Shown in pieces: positions 16,931 through 25,574 of a DNA stretch of 32,000 bases. Position numbers and translations under genes: made by a program. Below the pieces are notes generated by a model that searched no databases, was not told where the DNA came from, and worked only from the letters and a program-made list of their open reading frames with translations. The stretch lies in assembly GCA_030649345.1 (NCBI GenBank), contig JAUSKK010000016.1, positions 36,788 to 68,787 of the forward strand. The letters are read 5' to 3'. Position 1 is the stretch's first letter; each line of letters opens with the position of its first letter. This DNA comes from Candidatus Iainarchaeum sp. (GTDB lineage: Archaea; Iainarchaeota; Iainarchaeia; Iainarchaeales; 0-14-0-20-34-12).

Positions 16931-18028
16931 ATGCATAATTTTGTTCAAAAAACATCCATGCTTTTCTTGTTAGTCTTAGTTTTGGTTAGCTTAGGGTGTA
17001 CTTCAAGTACTCCTTCAGATCAAACAACCAATTCACTGCCTGCAGACACTCAAACAACACTTGGCCAATCGAATGATTCTGATACCACTGTTGATGGCAC
17101 AGCTGGAACTAGTCCAGATACTGACGTTGTTGTAGTTGAATATGAATTTTCTTTGTCTTCCAGTGAACCTATTTCGAGTTTATCTGACTCTGAATTAAGC
17201 TCTGCTGCTGAAGGTTTTTCTAGAATAATTCCTAAAAAAGTCAAATTAGTAAACAGTTTTTCGTTTTCAGATATTGAAACCATTTTAAGTAATTCTGAAG
17301 ATCTGCAAAGTTTTGGATTTAACACTGTCTTGATTCGTATACCGTATACTGTGACTTCAGAAGGATTATTTGAATTAATCCAAAAAGGAAATTTGTCGGA
17401 ATCTGATACTGAAAAATTGTTTGAAACCTATGTTGTTTTAGCTAAACAAAAACATTGGGCTGTATGGATAGCTCCTTCTTTTTCAGTGTCTGAATCATTG
17501 ATTGCATTGCCGGACTTTCAAGTTAAAGCCAAAGAACTTTCGTTTAAATGGGCTGCAGTTGCACAAAAATATTTCGCAGACTTTTTTTCTCCTGCAATTG
17601 TTATAGAATCTGCTTTTCAAAAATTAACGGATAGCGAACGCAGAACTTTAGATGAGACTACTTCGTTTTATGAATCTATTGCATTTAGTTTGCCTACTTA
17701 CTATACTGGCCCGTGTATTGTTTATTTAGCCAATTCAAGTCAGTCAGGTTATTTTAATAAAGGAACTTGCAAATGGGTGGCTTTTGATTTAACTAAAACT
17801 TCAAGTCAATTAACTGCTTCGATTGAACGATTTGAAGCCATTGCAGATAACTGGCAGGTAAAATTTATTCCAGTTCAAATTGTGGACGGAAAAGAACTAT
17901 ACTCAGACTTATTTACCGCACTCCAAGGACAAGAATTCGCTGGCGGTTTAGGCTTAACGAATTTGTCTTGGTTAAATGACAAAGAATTTAGAGATTCTTT
18001 TAAAGAATTTTTAATAGAATTTAAGTAA
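16931..18028 (+). CDS. Secreted lipoprotein-like protein (365 aa), possibly with a TIM-barrel glycosidase-like domain
   Basis: MHNFVQKTSMLFLLVLVLVSLGC signal ending in Cys, then a T/S/D-rich linker. FGFNTVLIRIPY resembles the first strand motif of GH5-type barrels (weak). atttatac lies about 27 nt upstream of the ATG, which suggests a leaderless transcript. Confidence 0.8.
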   Translation: MHNFVQKTSMLFLLVLVLVSLGCTSSTPSDQTTNSLPADTQTTLGQSNDSDTTVDGTAGTSPDTDVVVVEYEFSLSSSEPISSLSDSELSSAAEGFSRIIPKKVKLVNSFSFSDIETILSNSEDLQSFGFNTVLIRIPYTVTSEGLFELIQKGNLSESDTEKLFETYVVLAKQKHWAVWIAPSFSVSESLIALPDFQVKAKELSFKWAAVAQKYFADFFSPAIVIESAFQKLTDSERRTLDETTSFYESIAFSLPTYYTGPCIVYLANSSQSGYFNKGTCKWVAFDLTKTSSQLTASIERFEAIADNWQVKFIPVQIVDGKELYSDLFTALQGQEFAGGLGLTNLSWLNDKEFRDSFKEFLIEFK

Positions 18029-18044
18029 TTAATTTATGGTTGAT

Positions 18045-19937
18045 TTATTTTAATCGTACCATATCCAAGTTTCTCATGGCTGTGCTTGGAATTTTCATTT
18101 TTTGAGAAATGTATTGAGAGAATGCAATGGCTTTGCTTTTTTCTCCATGATTGACCAAGACTCTTTTTGGTTTTGGATTAATGCGTTTCAAATAACTTAA
18201 CAATTGCAGAATATCGCTGTGTCCAGAAAAGCCGTCGACTGTTTCTATTCGCATATTGATTTTCAATGCTTTGGTTCTTCCATGAGAATCTGTGATGGGT
18301 AATTCTTTGATTCCTTCTTGGATTTTTCTTCCAGTAGTTCCTTGTGCTTGGAATCCTACAAAAATTAAAGTATTTTTAGGGTCTTCAGCTAATTCTTTAA
18401 AGTAATAATAACTCGAGCCTCCAGTTAACATTCCAGAACTGGCAATAATTACGGATCCGCCGTCTTCCAAAATTTGTTTTCGATCCAAGTTTTTGGCGTT
18501 CTTAAAAATTTCACTAATAAACGGAGAATCGTTTTGCAGAATTCTTCGTTTGACTTTTTCGCGTAAATATTCAGGATATGCTGTATGCACTGCACTGGCT
18601 TCATTGGTCATTCCATCTACATAGCATTTGGGTTTCATTAATCCTGTTTTGAAAAAGTTTTCAATCACCAGCATGATTTCTTGTCCTCTCCCTACTGCAA
18701 ATACTGGAATTAATACATTTCCGCCTTGGTCTATGGTTTGTTTTACAATGTCAAATAATTGTTTTTCTGCAATCTCTCGGTTCGGCTGATAATCTGATTT
18801 TCCTCCATACGTACTTTCAATAATTAAAGTTTCCAGTCTAGGATAATTCAAATCAATATTGTCAAACAATCGAACAAAACCATATTTGATGTCTCCAGAG
18901 TAAACCAAATTATGGTCTCCTTCGCCTATGTGTAAATGAACACTGGCACTTCCTAAAATATGAGCTGCATTGTGTAAAGTTAATCGCATATCTGGGGCAA
19001 TATCTGTAACTTTTCTGTAATCTCTCGGAATACAGTACTTAAGCATTTCTTTTACATCGCGTTCCGAATACGGAGCGTCTCGTCCTTCTTTGGTTAATAC
19101 ATCAATAAAATCAAATTGCATTAAAGTCATTAAATCTCTTGTTGGCAGAGTACTGTACACTGGTCCTTTGTATCCCATTTTGAATAAGTAGGGCAAAAAT
19201 CCGCAGTGATCCATGTGCGCATGGCTAATGATCACAGCATCTAATTCACTTAACGGGAAATGCAAGGTTTCCAAAAAAGGATACGAGTCTTTGGTGGCAT
19301 TGGATACATTTAATCCGCAATCCAATAATACTTTGGTTTGCGGAGTTTCTACCAGCATACAACTTCGGCCTACTTCTTGAAATCCTCCCAATGCTCCTAT
19401 TCGAACCCATTCTGCTTGTTTGTTGGCATCTCTATAAATTCGTTCAGCTACTTGTTTAAGAATTTCTTTTCGTTCTTTCGAATATTTGTTTAAATGATGT
19501 CGTAATCCTGTTAAAATTTCAGATTCTTGTGTTGGCGCTCGCACAATATTGGGAGTCCATCCAGTTTCTAGAATAATTCTTTTCGAAGTTTCTCCGCCTT
19601 TTCCAATAACCAGTCCTGGCTTTAAGGCTTCAATAACTGCTTCCGAAAAACATTCATTGAATGTAATATCTTTGATGCCTGCATCCACTGGAATAATTTC
19701 TTTAATTTTTTCCAAAGCTTCATCTTTATCCATCAGTAAGCTTTTGTCGGTGCGGATATTCATCATTTTTTTTAATTCATGAGACAATTTGGAAACCAAA
19801 TTATCGTTTTCAAAAAATGCTTTTGGATTTTTGGTGTAAATTGCAATTTCCGGTCCTTCCATTTCAATTTTAGTAATTTCTGCATTGTTAGGTGCAATAT
19901 TGTGAATGGTTTCTTTAATTTGGTTTATAACTTCCAT
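18045..19937 (-). CDS. fttA: aCPSF1 (KH-KH-MBL-beta-CASP ribonuclease; archaeal transcription termination factor FttA family)
   Basis: 630 aa. N-terminal KH region with VIGKGGETSKRI, the MBL motif ISHAHMDHCG, then beta-CASP and C-terminal segments. GGAGGA Shine-Dalgarno. Confidence 0.94.
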   Translation of the reverse strand: MEVINQIKETIHNIAPNNAEITKIEMEGPEIAIYTKNPKAFFENDNLVSKLSHELKKMMNIRTDKSLLMDKDEALEKIKEIIPVDAGIKDITFNECFSEAVIEALKPGLVIGKGGETSKRIILETGWTPNIVRAPTQESEILTGLRHHLNKYSKERKEILKQVAERIYRDANKQAEWVRIGALGGFQEVGRSCMLVETPQTKVLLDCGLNVSNATKDSYPFLETLHFPLSELDAVIISHAHMDHCGFLPYLFKMGYKGPVYSTLPTRDLMTLMQFDFIDVLTKEGRDAPYSERDVKEMLKYCIPRDYRKVTDIAPDMRLTLHNAAHILGSASVHLHIGEGDHNLVYSGDIKYGFVRLFDNIDLNYPRLETLIIESTYGGKSDYQPNREIAEKQLFDIVKQTIDQGGNVLIPVFAVGRGQEIMLVIENFFKTGLMKPKCYVDGMTNEASAVHTAYPEYLREKVKRRILQNDSPFISEIFKNAKNLDRKQILEDGGSVIIASSGMLTGGSSYYYFKELAEDPKNTLIFVGFQAQGTTGRKIQEGIKELPITDSHGRTKALKINMRIETVDGFSGHSDILQLLSYLKRINPKPKRVLVNHGEKSKAIAFSQYISQKMKIPSTAMRNLDMVRLK

Positions 19938-20128
19938 TTAAAATCCTCCGGATTTTAATATATAAAATTCCTTGAATTTTATAATTGTAAAAATTCTTCA
20001 AATTTTTACAAATTTTTTAAATTTTCGTTAAAATTTAAATCCATAGTTTCTTCCCGAGTGTGTTTATATAAAAATGCAAAATAATTTTTTCCTAGCAAAA
20101 GGCATGCTAGTTTTTTTAGCTCTCTTTT

Positions 20129-20779
20129 TTAGTTGATTGTTCTATTTTTTTCTTCTTCTACTAATTTTTTGATAGCTTCGTCATCCAATAGTCTGGCTCC
20201 GTTTGTGTCAATGACCATGATGGTAATGCTTCGTCCGCCAGTATAAATGTCTCTTTTTTTGCTGGCTAAAATAGCGCGAGTCACTAAATGCAGTCCGTCA
20301 TCTAAGTTCATATTGTCTTTATAGTTTTGATCCAATACAGTTAAAGCCAAAGTAGTTCCGCTTCCAGAAGTTGCAAATTGGCTGCGTTCTAAATATCCGC
20401 CAAAAGGCATTAATTCAAATAATTCTGGTTTGCGAATCATTCCAGCTAAAATAAATTGCACTTCAAAAGGGAAATATCGATTGGCATTTAATACATTGGA
20501 TATGTAGGTTGCCATGGCTTTAGCTGTCATAGGCGTGTCTCGTTCAATTTCATATAATTTAGCATGGGCTTGCAAGAATCGAAGTAAAGTCATACTGTCT
20601 GCAACGCTTCCTGCAGTTGTAAGTGCTGTCTTGTCTGTGACTTTGTATATTTTTTGAGATTCTTGATCGTAGCTTAAATGCCCTAAAGTAGCTTGCATAT
20701 CTGCAGCTAAAATAACCGCGTCTTTGACAACAATTCCTACTGTTGTTGTTCCTGTTTTCAATTCATTTTGTGAAACCAT
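20129..20779 (-). CDS. psmB: Proteasome subunit beta
   Basis: Short propeptide MVSQNELKTG followed by TTTVGIVVKDAVILAAD (catalytic Thr1 context). 216 aa. Confidence 0.95.
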   Translation of the reverse strand: MVSQNELKTGTTTVGIVVKDAVILAADMQATLGHLSYDQESQKIYKVTDKTALTTAGSVADSMTLLRFLQAHAKLYEIERDTPMTAKAMATYISNVLNANRYFPFEVQFILAGMIRKPELFELMPFGGYLERSQFATSGSGTTLALTVLDQNYKDNMNLDDGLHLVTRAILASKKRDIYTGGRSITIMVIDTNGARLLDDEAIKKLVEEEKNRTIN

Positions 20780-20897
20780 TAAAAAACCTGTTTTTTTTAA
20801 ATTTTGTTACAAAATTTAAACCCATAAAAATTCCTGATAGAAACTAGAACCCTCTATATCCATGAACTACGGTTTATTTTAAAAAGGTTCCGTCCGT

Positions 20898-21626
20898 TTA
20901 GTTTTCTTCTTCACTGTGCTCATGTTCTTCGGTTTTATTGTAATTTTTTAAGTCTTCTTTTTTGAATTCATCAATGAATTTTACTTTTTTGACATCGTCT
21001 AAATATTTTAACAAAGCAACAGCTGTATGGTGTCTTCCGTGCATGGATTTAAAGAAATCTTTTCCATCCAATTCAATACTGACTTCTGCATTTCCGGACT
21101 TTACATTTTCGGAATTCACAAAAGGCAAATATTTTTTGGCAATGGCTTTCATTTTTTCATTTTTATCTGTAATTTGATCAACTACTTTAATATCATATTC
21201 TAAAGTTTTTCCTGCCAATGGGTGATTGAAATCTACGCGGACTCTTCCTCCGCTGACAGTTTGAACTCTTCCTTGCATATCATTTAAGCTAACTGCCAAT
21301 CCTGGAACTGGCATAATGTTTCTGTTTTTAAATTCCTGTAATGGAACTAGGCGCACCAACTCTGCCTTTCGTTCTCCGAATGCTTTGCTTGAATTAATTT
21401 GAATGTTTTTGTTTTCTCCAATTTTCATTGTCTTTAAGTTTTCCTCTAATTCTGGCAAAATTTCATGGTTTCCTAAAATAAGTGTTAACGGCTGATAGTT
21501 GAAATCTTTATTGTAAATCCCTGCTTCAATGGCTTTTTGTTCATTCGTAGTATCAAATATTTCTTGTTTTTCTTTGTCTTTTGCTGTAAAATCAATCTGT
21601 ACAATATCTCCATCTTTTAATGCCAT
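20898..21626 (-). CDS. FKBP-type peptidyl-prolyl cis-trans isomerase, long archaeal form
   Basis: DGDIVQIDFTAKD..., an IF-type insert, VDFNHPLAGKTLEYDIKVV, and an acidic/His C-terminal extension. GGAGGT Shine-Dalgarno 7 nt upstream. Confidence 0.9.
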   Translation of the reverse strand: MALKDGDIVQIDFTAKDKEKQEIFDTTNEQKAIEAGIYNKDFNYQPLTLILGNHEILPELEENLKTMKIGENKNIQINSSKAFGERKAELVRLVPLQEFKNRNIMPVPGLAVSLNDMQGRVQTVSGGRVRVDFNHPLAGKTLEYDIKVVDQITDKNEKMKAIAKKYLPFVNSENVKSGNAEVSIELDGKDFFKSMHGRHHTAVALLKYLDDVKKVKFIDEFKKEDLKNYNKTEEHEHSEEEN

Positions 21627-21753
21627 TAAAAAACCTCCTTGTTTTTTAAAGTTTTTAAATTCTTCAAATTTATCGCCATTAGAAATCGTTTTTTTACTAG
21701 CTATTAAAGATATTAGTAAAAGGTATGTTTTTTAACCTTCTGTTAAGGCTGTT

Positions 21754-21821
21754 CAGAGTGTTGAATGAATAAAAATCATTGATCCATAAGTTTATTCCAT
21801 TAATTAGTATTCAACACTCTG
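21754..21821. repeat. 13-bp perfect inverted repeat with a 42-nt spacer in a divergent intergenic region
   Basis: cagagtgttgaat (21754-21766) and attcaacactctg (21809-21821). They lie between the FKBP start (21626, minus) and the ATG at 21887 (+). Confidence 0.35.
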
Positions 21822-21886
21822 CCGAACCAAATCCATGCCTTTTTAACTTTTTGTTTTATTATATATCTATTCACTATTCTGCGGGG

Positions 21887-23323
21887 ATGTACTTGAATTC
21901 AAATGGATTAACTTCAAATCAAATTTTTATTATTGTAATTGCTGTCTTAATGATTACATCTACAGTAGGCTTTTCTTTAGCTTTTGGAAACAATTCTTCT
22001 ACTCAGCCAGTGGATGATCCTTTATTGAATCAAGCCAATACTTCTACATCTATTGTTTTGGAAGCTAAAGAAGTAGAAGGAATCATTGATCGTTTTTTGC
22101 CTCAAGTTCGAATTGCAGGCTACACCGATAATTTGAATATTGACGAAATTGATGCCCAAATTTTAGCCACGGATTCAGTTGAAACTGTTTTATCTTCTGA
22201 ATTTTCGACCCAAGCCAATTCCAGTCAATTAGTTTATGTTGCAGATGTTGTTCTCCAACAAGACATTACTGCTTTAGATGCCGCAAATGAGTTAACTGAA
22301 AAAGCCAATTTTTTGTCTGAATTGCAAATGATTTCCAAAGCTTTAATTAAATTGCCGGAAAAAGTCACGGCAACCAATGCGGAATTAAATATTTCCAAAG
22401 AATATTCTTTGCCTCAGCCGTTTGTAGAAGCTTTAGCTCAGCTTACGTTTAATGAAGGCGATATTGTTTTCTTGGATCTGCGAATGAATTTAGTTAACAA
22501 TGTAATTCAAATCACCAATGCAGCTATTACTGGAAATGTCAGTCAAACACAATTTGAATTTTCTACACAAGCTAAAGTTAAAGTTGCGGAATTAGAACCT
22601 AGATTGGTTTTTTCCGGAGAATTTATTTACTCTGGTTTTGACGTAAATGTCATTGAACAAGAAATAAAAGAAGAAGTTCAAGACGTAAATGAAACCAAAG
22701 TTCGTGTTTATTTTGGTGAACGCAATATTTTGGTTGGATTAGAACTTATTCGAAATGATTTAAATATTCAAGATTTACAAGCATTGGCTGCAAGAGCTTC
22801 CCTCAATTTTTTAGGAAGTGAAATTTTAACTGACAACAACACAACCACTTTAGCTATTGAATACAACGGAGGTCAATTGGATTATTTTCTTATTCGGGAA
22901 GATTTACTGGCTGCACTTGAAGAAGCAGGCTATCAAAAAGATGTGGATTTTACTTTTTTAGATACCCAAGCAACCATTCAAGGAGAAGTTGTTTTTTCCA
23001 GCCTTGAAGAAATGACTGCCAAAGTAATTGCTTTACGAAAAATTTTATCGGAAAAATACAAAATTACCACAACCGATGTTCCAGTTCATCAAGTCGCAAA
23101 ACTCCAAGCCTTAGAGCCTTTAGTGGATTCGTCTCGAAATCAGTCATTTGATTACAATACTTTGTTTTCGGGTCTTGTATTGGTCGGAAACCAAGTTAAT
23201 GATGAAATTACTTTACCTATTGCAGTACAAGTCCAAGGCCGAACGATTACCTATGCTCAAGGAGTTCAAGGAACCCAGCAAGACATAATTGTAACTCACG
23301 GTCCTGAAGAAGAATCTGAATAA
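21887..23323 (+). CDS. Membrane-anchored or secreted hypothetical protein (478 aa)
   Basis: I use the ATG at 21887; the track start at 21779 is TTG in promoter-like sequence. ttattatatatc lies about 25 nt upstream. The N-terminus is MYLNSNGLTSNQIFIIVIAVLMITSTVGFSLAFG. The remainder is acidic and Q/E/L-rich. No family recognised. Confidence 0.75.
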   Translation: MYLNSNGLTSNQIFIIVIAVLMITSTVGFSLAFGNNSSTQPVDDPLLNQANTSTSIVLEAKEVEGIIDRFLPQVRIAGYTDNLNIDEIDAQILATDSVETVLSSEFSTQANSSQLVYVADVVLQQDITALDAANELTEKANFLSELQMISKALIKLPEKVTATNAELNISKEYSLPQPFVEALAQLTFNEGDIVFLDLRMNLVNNVIQITNAAITGNVSQTQFEFSTQAKVKVAELEPRLVFSGEFIYSGFDVNVIEQEIKEEVQDVNETKVRVYFGERNILVGLELIRNDLNIQDLQALAARASLNFLGSEILTDNNTTTLAIEYNGGQLDYFLIREDLLAALEEAGYQKDVDFTFLDTQATIQGEVVFSSLEEMTAKVIALRKILSEKYKITTTDVPVHQVAKLQALEPLVDSSRNQSFDYNTLFSGLVLVGNQVNDEITLPIAVQVQGRTITYAQGVQGTQQDIIVTHGPEEESE

Positions 23324-23396
23324 AATTAGTATCATTTAAATAAAATTAGTTTTATTTTTTAGTACTTTTAATTTTTAAAAGTTTTCAATTTTGAAA

Positions 23397-23729
23397 TCAT
23401 TTTTTTAGCAAAGTAATTGCTTTAGCAATATCTTGATCATTTTCTTCCAAGGCTTTTCGTGCAATTTCTTTGGAAACATTGGCTTGTTCTGCCACCAGTA
23501 CAATATCTTCTTCTGAAAGATTTTCTTCTATTTTTTCTTTGCCCATTATGGTATATGTTTTTTGTCCTTGCATTTCAATGGCTGTTACATTGGGTTGTTC
23601 AATTATAATTTTTTTCCCATTTTGTTCAATGATAACGCGTACAGCTGGAATTTCTTGAGATTTAATGCCCAATTGCTGCATCATTTTTTGCATTTGTTTG
23701 GGGTCCATTCGACCCATTCCAGGAATCAT
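23397..23729 (-). CDS. nac: Nascent polypeptide-associated complex protein (archaeal NAC, NAC domain plus UBA)
   Basis: MIPGMGRMDPKQMQKMMQQLGI, then the NAC beta-barrel segment VIIEQNGKKIIIEQPNVTAIEMQGQKTY, then C-terminal UBA-like EDIVLVAEQANVSKEIARKALEENDQDIAKAITLL. Confidence 0.92.
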   Translation of the reverse strand: MIPGMGRMDPKQMQKMMQQLGIKSQEIPAVRVIIEQNGKKIIIEQPNVTAIEMQGQKTYTIMGKEKIEENLSEEDIVLVAEQANVSKEIARKALEENDQDIAKAITLLKK

Positions 23730-23789
23730 TCAATCACGTCAGTAATTATGTACAGTAACTTTAATATATCATTTTACATTAATTGGTAT

Positions 23790-24452
23790 ATGGTTGTAGA
23801 CAAAAATCAGGAAAAAATCATTTCGTCTCTTGAAGACTTGAATTCATTTGTGCAAATTGATTGGGTCAAACAAGAAGCCCGCAAGCAGTCATTAACTCAT
23901 TATTTTGCCAGCGGCGGAGTTATTCGTATTCAAATTAATTCAGCTCAAGAACCTACATTGGTTTATCCCAATAAAAATCGTGTCAAAAATTTGCTGGAAA
24001 CCAAAAATAGTCTTAAACAAAATTATTCACAAAAATTAAATTTATGGCAAAAAAAATTAACCGAAGCCAAATTCTTTAACACCATGAATGAATTGAAAAA
24101 ATTCACCAGTCCTGTTTTTTGGAAACATATTCAAAAATATTTTATGGACCCGGAATACAAAAAGCACGCCGACAGTATTCAATTGCCTGTGGCTTTAGTG
24201 AATGATCCGAGATACAAGCCTATGATTCAAATGTTTGTACGCGATCCAGATTACCGAAAACAATTGGTAGACACAGTTCAAGAATCTGTAGTGTATGCCA
24301 ACAACCGCAAAGTTGCACAATTTGCTGAATTTGTGCAAGACTTCCGAAAACAAGAATGTTTGCGCAGAATCAAAGAATTGGACCACAAAATTGCAGAATT
24401 AAATTTAGACATTCAAGCCCTGCAAGAACTCAACAAAAGGTCTTTGTTTTAA
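23790..24452 (+). CDS. Hypothetical protein (220 aa) with three DP-x-Y-[KR] motifs and a C-terminal coiled coil
   Basis: I use the ATG at 23790; the track extension back to 23562 is antisense to nac. tttaatatatc lies about 27 nt upstream. The motifs are DPEYKKH, DPRYKPM and DPDYRKQ. Confidence 0.65.
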   Translation: MVVDKNQEKIISSLEDLNSFVQIDWVKQEARKQSLTHYFASGGVIRIQINSAQEPTLVYPNKNRVKNLLETKNSLKQNYSQKLNLWQKKLTEAKFFNTMNELKKFTSPVFWKHIQKYFMDPEYKKHADSIQLPVALVNDPRYKPMIQMFVRDPDYRKQLVDTVQESVVYANNRKVAQFAEFVQDFRKQECLRRIKELDHKIAELNLDIQALQELNKRSLF

Positions 24453-24457
24453 TTATT

Positions 24458-25156
24458 TTATTCAATTCTTGTAATCACATAACAAAAACTATCTGGAATA
24501 TGAAATTCTTTTATAACACGCTTTTTAGAATAGTTTACAATTTTAACTTGAATGCCTGGAATTTTCCTCAGATCATGCAATAATTCCAAATCAGAAGAAT
24601 TAAACACAATCTTTCCGCCTATTTTCATTTTTGGCAGCAATCTTTTAACATCGAATGGAATGTTACTTGATTTAGACAAACCATAATGAGAATATGCATA
24701 ATCAATTTTTTTCTTGCCAAACAATCTTGGAAAATCGAAACTGCTTTCATGGACAAATTCTACATTTCTGTTTTCTTTCCATTCATCATAAAATTCTTCT
24801 GAAAAACCAAAACAACGAGCATTCGGAAAAGCTTGTGCCAATTCTGTAATGGCCGTGCCTTTTCCGCAGCCATAATCCACAATCACTGGTTTTTCACTTT
24901 TTTGAACTCTAACCCGAATGGCTTTCACTAAATCAAAACCAAAAGTTTGACTAATTCTTGCCAAAGAAGAAGAAACCAAACTCCATTGCCTGCCGCTAAA
25001 TATTCGCGTTGTTCTAGGCCTTGTTTTTGATTCAAGTTCTGGGCGAAAAATAGTGGCTGTATGTTTTGGATATACTGGCTTTCTGGGCGAATTTCGTTTT
25101 CCATATACTGGCATACAATCATTAAACTGTTTTTCAATAAAAACCTTCTTTTTCAC
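24458..25156 (-). CDS. Class I SAM-dependent methyltransferase with a basic N-terminal extension
   Basis: Motif I is VIVDYGCGKGTAITEL, followed by a Rossmann-like pattern. The track start is GTG (25156). An ATG at 25114 is an alternative start. Confidence 0.85.
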   Translation of the reverse strand: MKKKVFIEKQFNDCMPVYGKRNSPRKPVYPKHTATIFRPELESKTRPRTTRIFSGRQWSLVSSSLARISQTFGFDLVKAIRVRVQKSEKPVIVDYGCGKGTAITELAQAFPNARCFGFSEEFYDEWKENRNVEFVHESSFDFPRLFGKKKIDYAYSHYGLSKSSNIPFDVKRLLPKMKIGGKIVFNSSDLELLHDLRKIPGIQVKIVNYSKKRVIKEFHIPDSFCYVITRIE

Positions 25157-25228
25157 CGGAAATACCGGAAGTCTACCTCCGAATTCTTTTTAAATAAAAA
25201 AATTCCAATTTGTTTGGAGTGTGGTTAA

Positions 25229-25474
25229 ATGAAGCCAATTAAAAAATTTAATTCAGGAACCATCAGCGCAGCTGTATGGGAAAACAGCGGAAAAGAAGGA
25301 AATCAGTTTTACACTGTAAGTATGCAGCGCAGTTACAAATCTAAAGAAAGCACTGAATGGAAACAAAGCCATTCTTTGCGTGTACACGACTTGCCCAAAG
25401 CAGTTCTGGTCCTGCAGGAAGCTTACAAATTTCTGGCGTTAAAAGAACCCAATGGAGCCACTGAAGGATTATAA
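25229..25474 (+). CDS. Small conserved-looking protein (81 aa), possibly a PC4-like ssDNA-binding fold
   Basis: GGAGTGTGG Shine-Dalgarno. ISAAVWENSGKEGNQFYTVSMQRSYKSKESTEWKQSHSLRVHDLPKAVLVLQEAYKFL reads as beta strands plus a terminal helix. The fold call is a guess. Confidence 0.55.
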   Translation: MKPIKKFNSGTISAAVWENSGKEGNQFYTVSMQRSYKSKESTEWKQSHSLRVHDLPKAVLVLQEAYKFLALKEPNGATEGL

Positions 25475-25523
25475 ATTCTAAAATGGGGTCTTGAGGATTA
25501 TAACTCAGAGAAACTCTTATAAA

Positions 25524-25535
25524 TATGTGCACATA
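25524..25535 (+). promoter_or_regulatory. 12-bp perfect palindrome, candidate operator of the RHH-PIN operon
   Basis: TATGTGCACATA overlaps the 3' edge of the TATA-like cttataaata (25516-25525) and extends downstream. An extra half-site, cacatat, lies at 25548-25554. The GGGGGTGA Shine-Dalgarno is at 25561 and the ATG at 25575. Confidence 0.4.
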
Positions 25536-25574
25536 ATTTATTTATTACACATATTTTATAGGGGGTGACTTTAA

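Noticed and set aside
10447-18028. Diversity-generating retroelement targeting the surface proteins
   Set aside because: There is no reverse-transcriptase ORF in the window, and I could not spot a template/variable repeat pair by eye. A computational self-alignment would be needed to exclude one fully.
21779-21886. TTG-initiated extension of the 514-aa track ORF
   Set aside because: It runs through promoter-like A/T sequence and the inverted-repeat spacer. The ATG at 21887 has a TATA box about 25 nt upstream and begins the TM segment.
23562-23789. Extension of the 296-aa track ORF
   Set aside because: It is antisense to the well-supported nac gene. The internal ATG at 23790 has its own TATA box.
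24458-25181. GGAGGT at 25176-25181 as the Shine-Dalgarno site of the methyltransferase
   Set aside because: It lies about 18 nt upstream of the GTG start, too far for a normal SD spacing, and no in-frame start lies closer. The true start (GTG 25156 or ATG 25114) stays unresolved.
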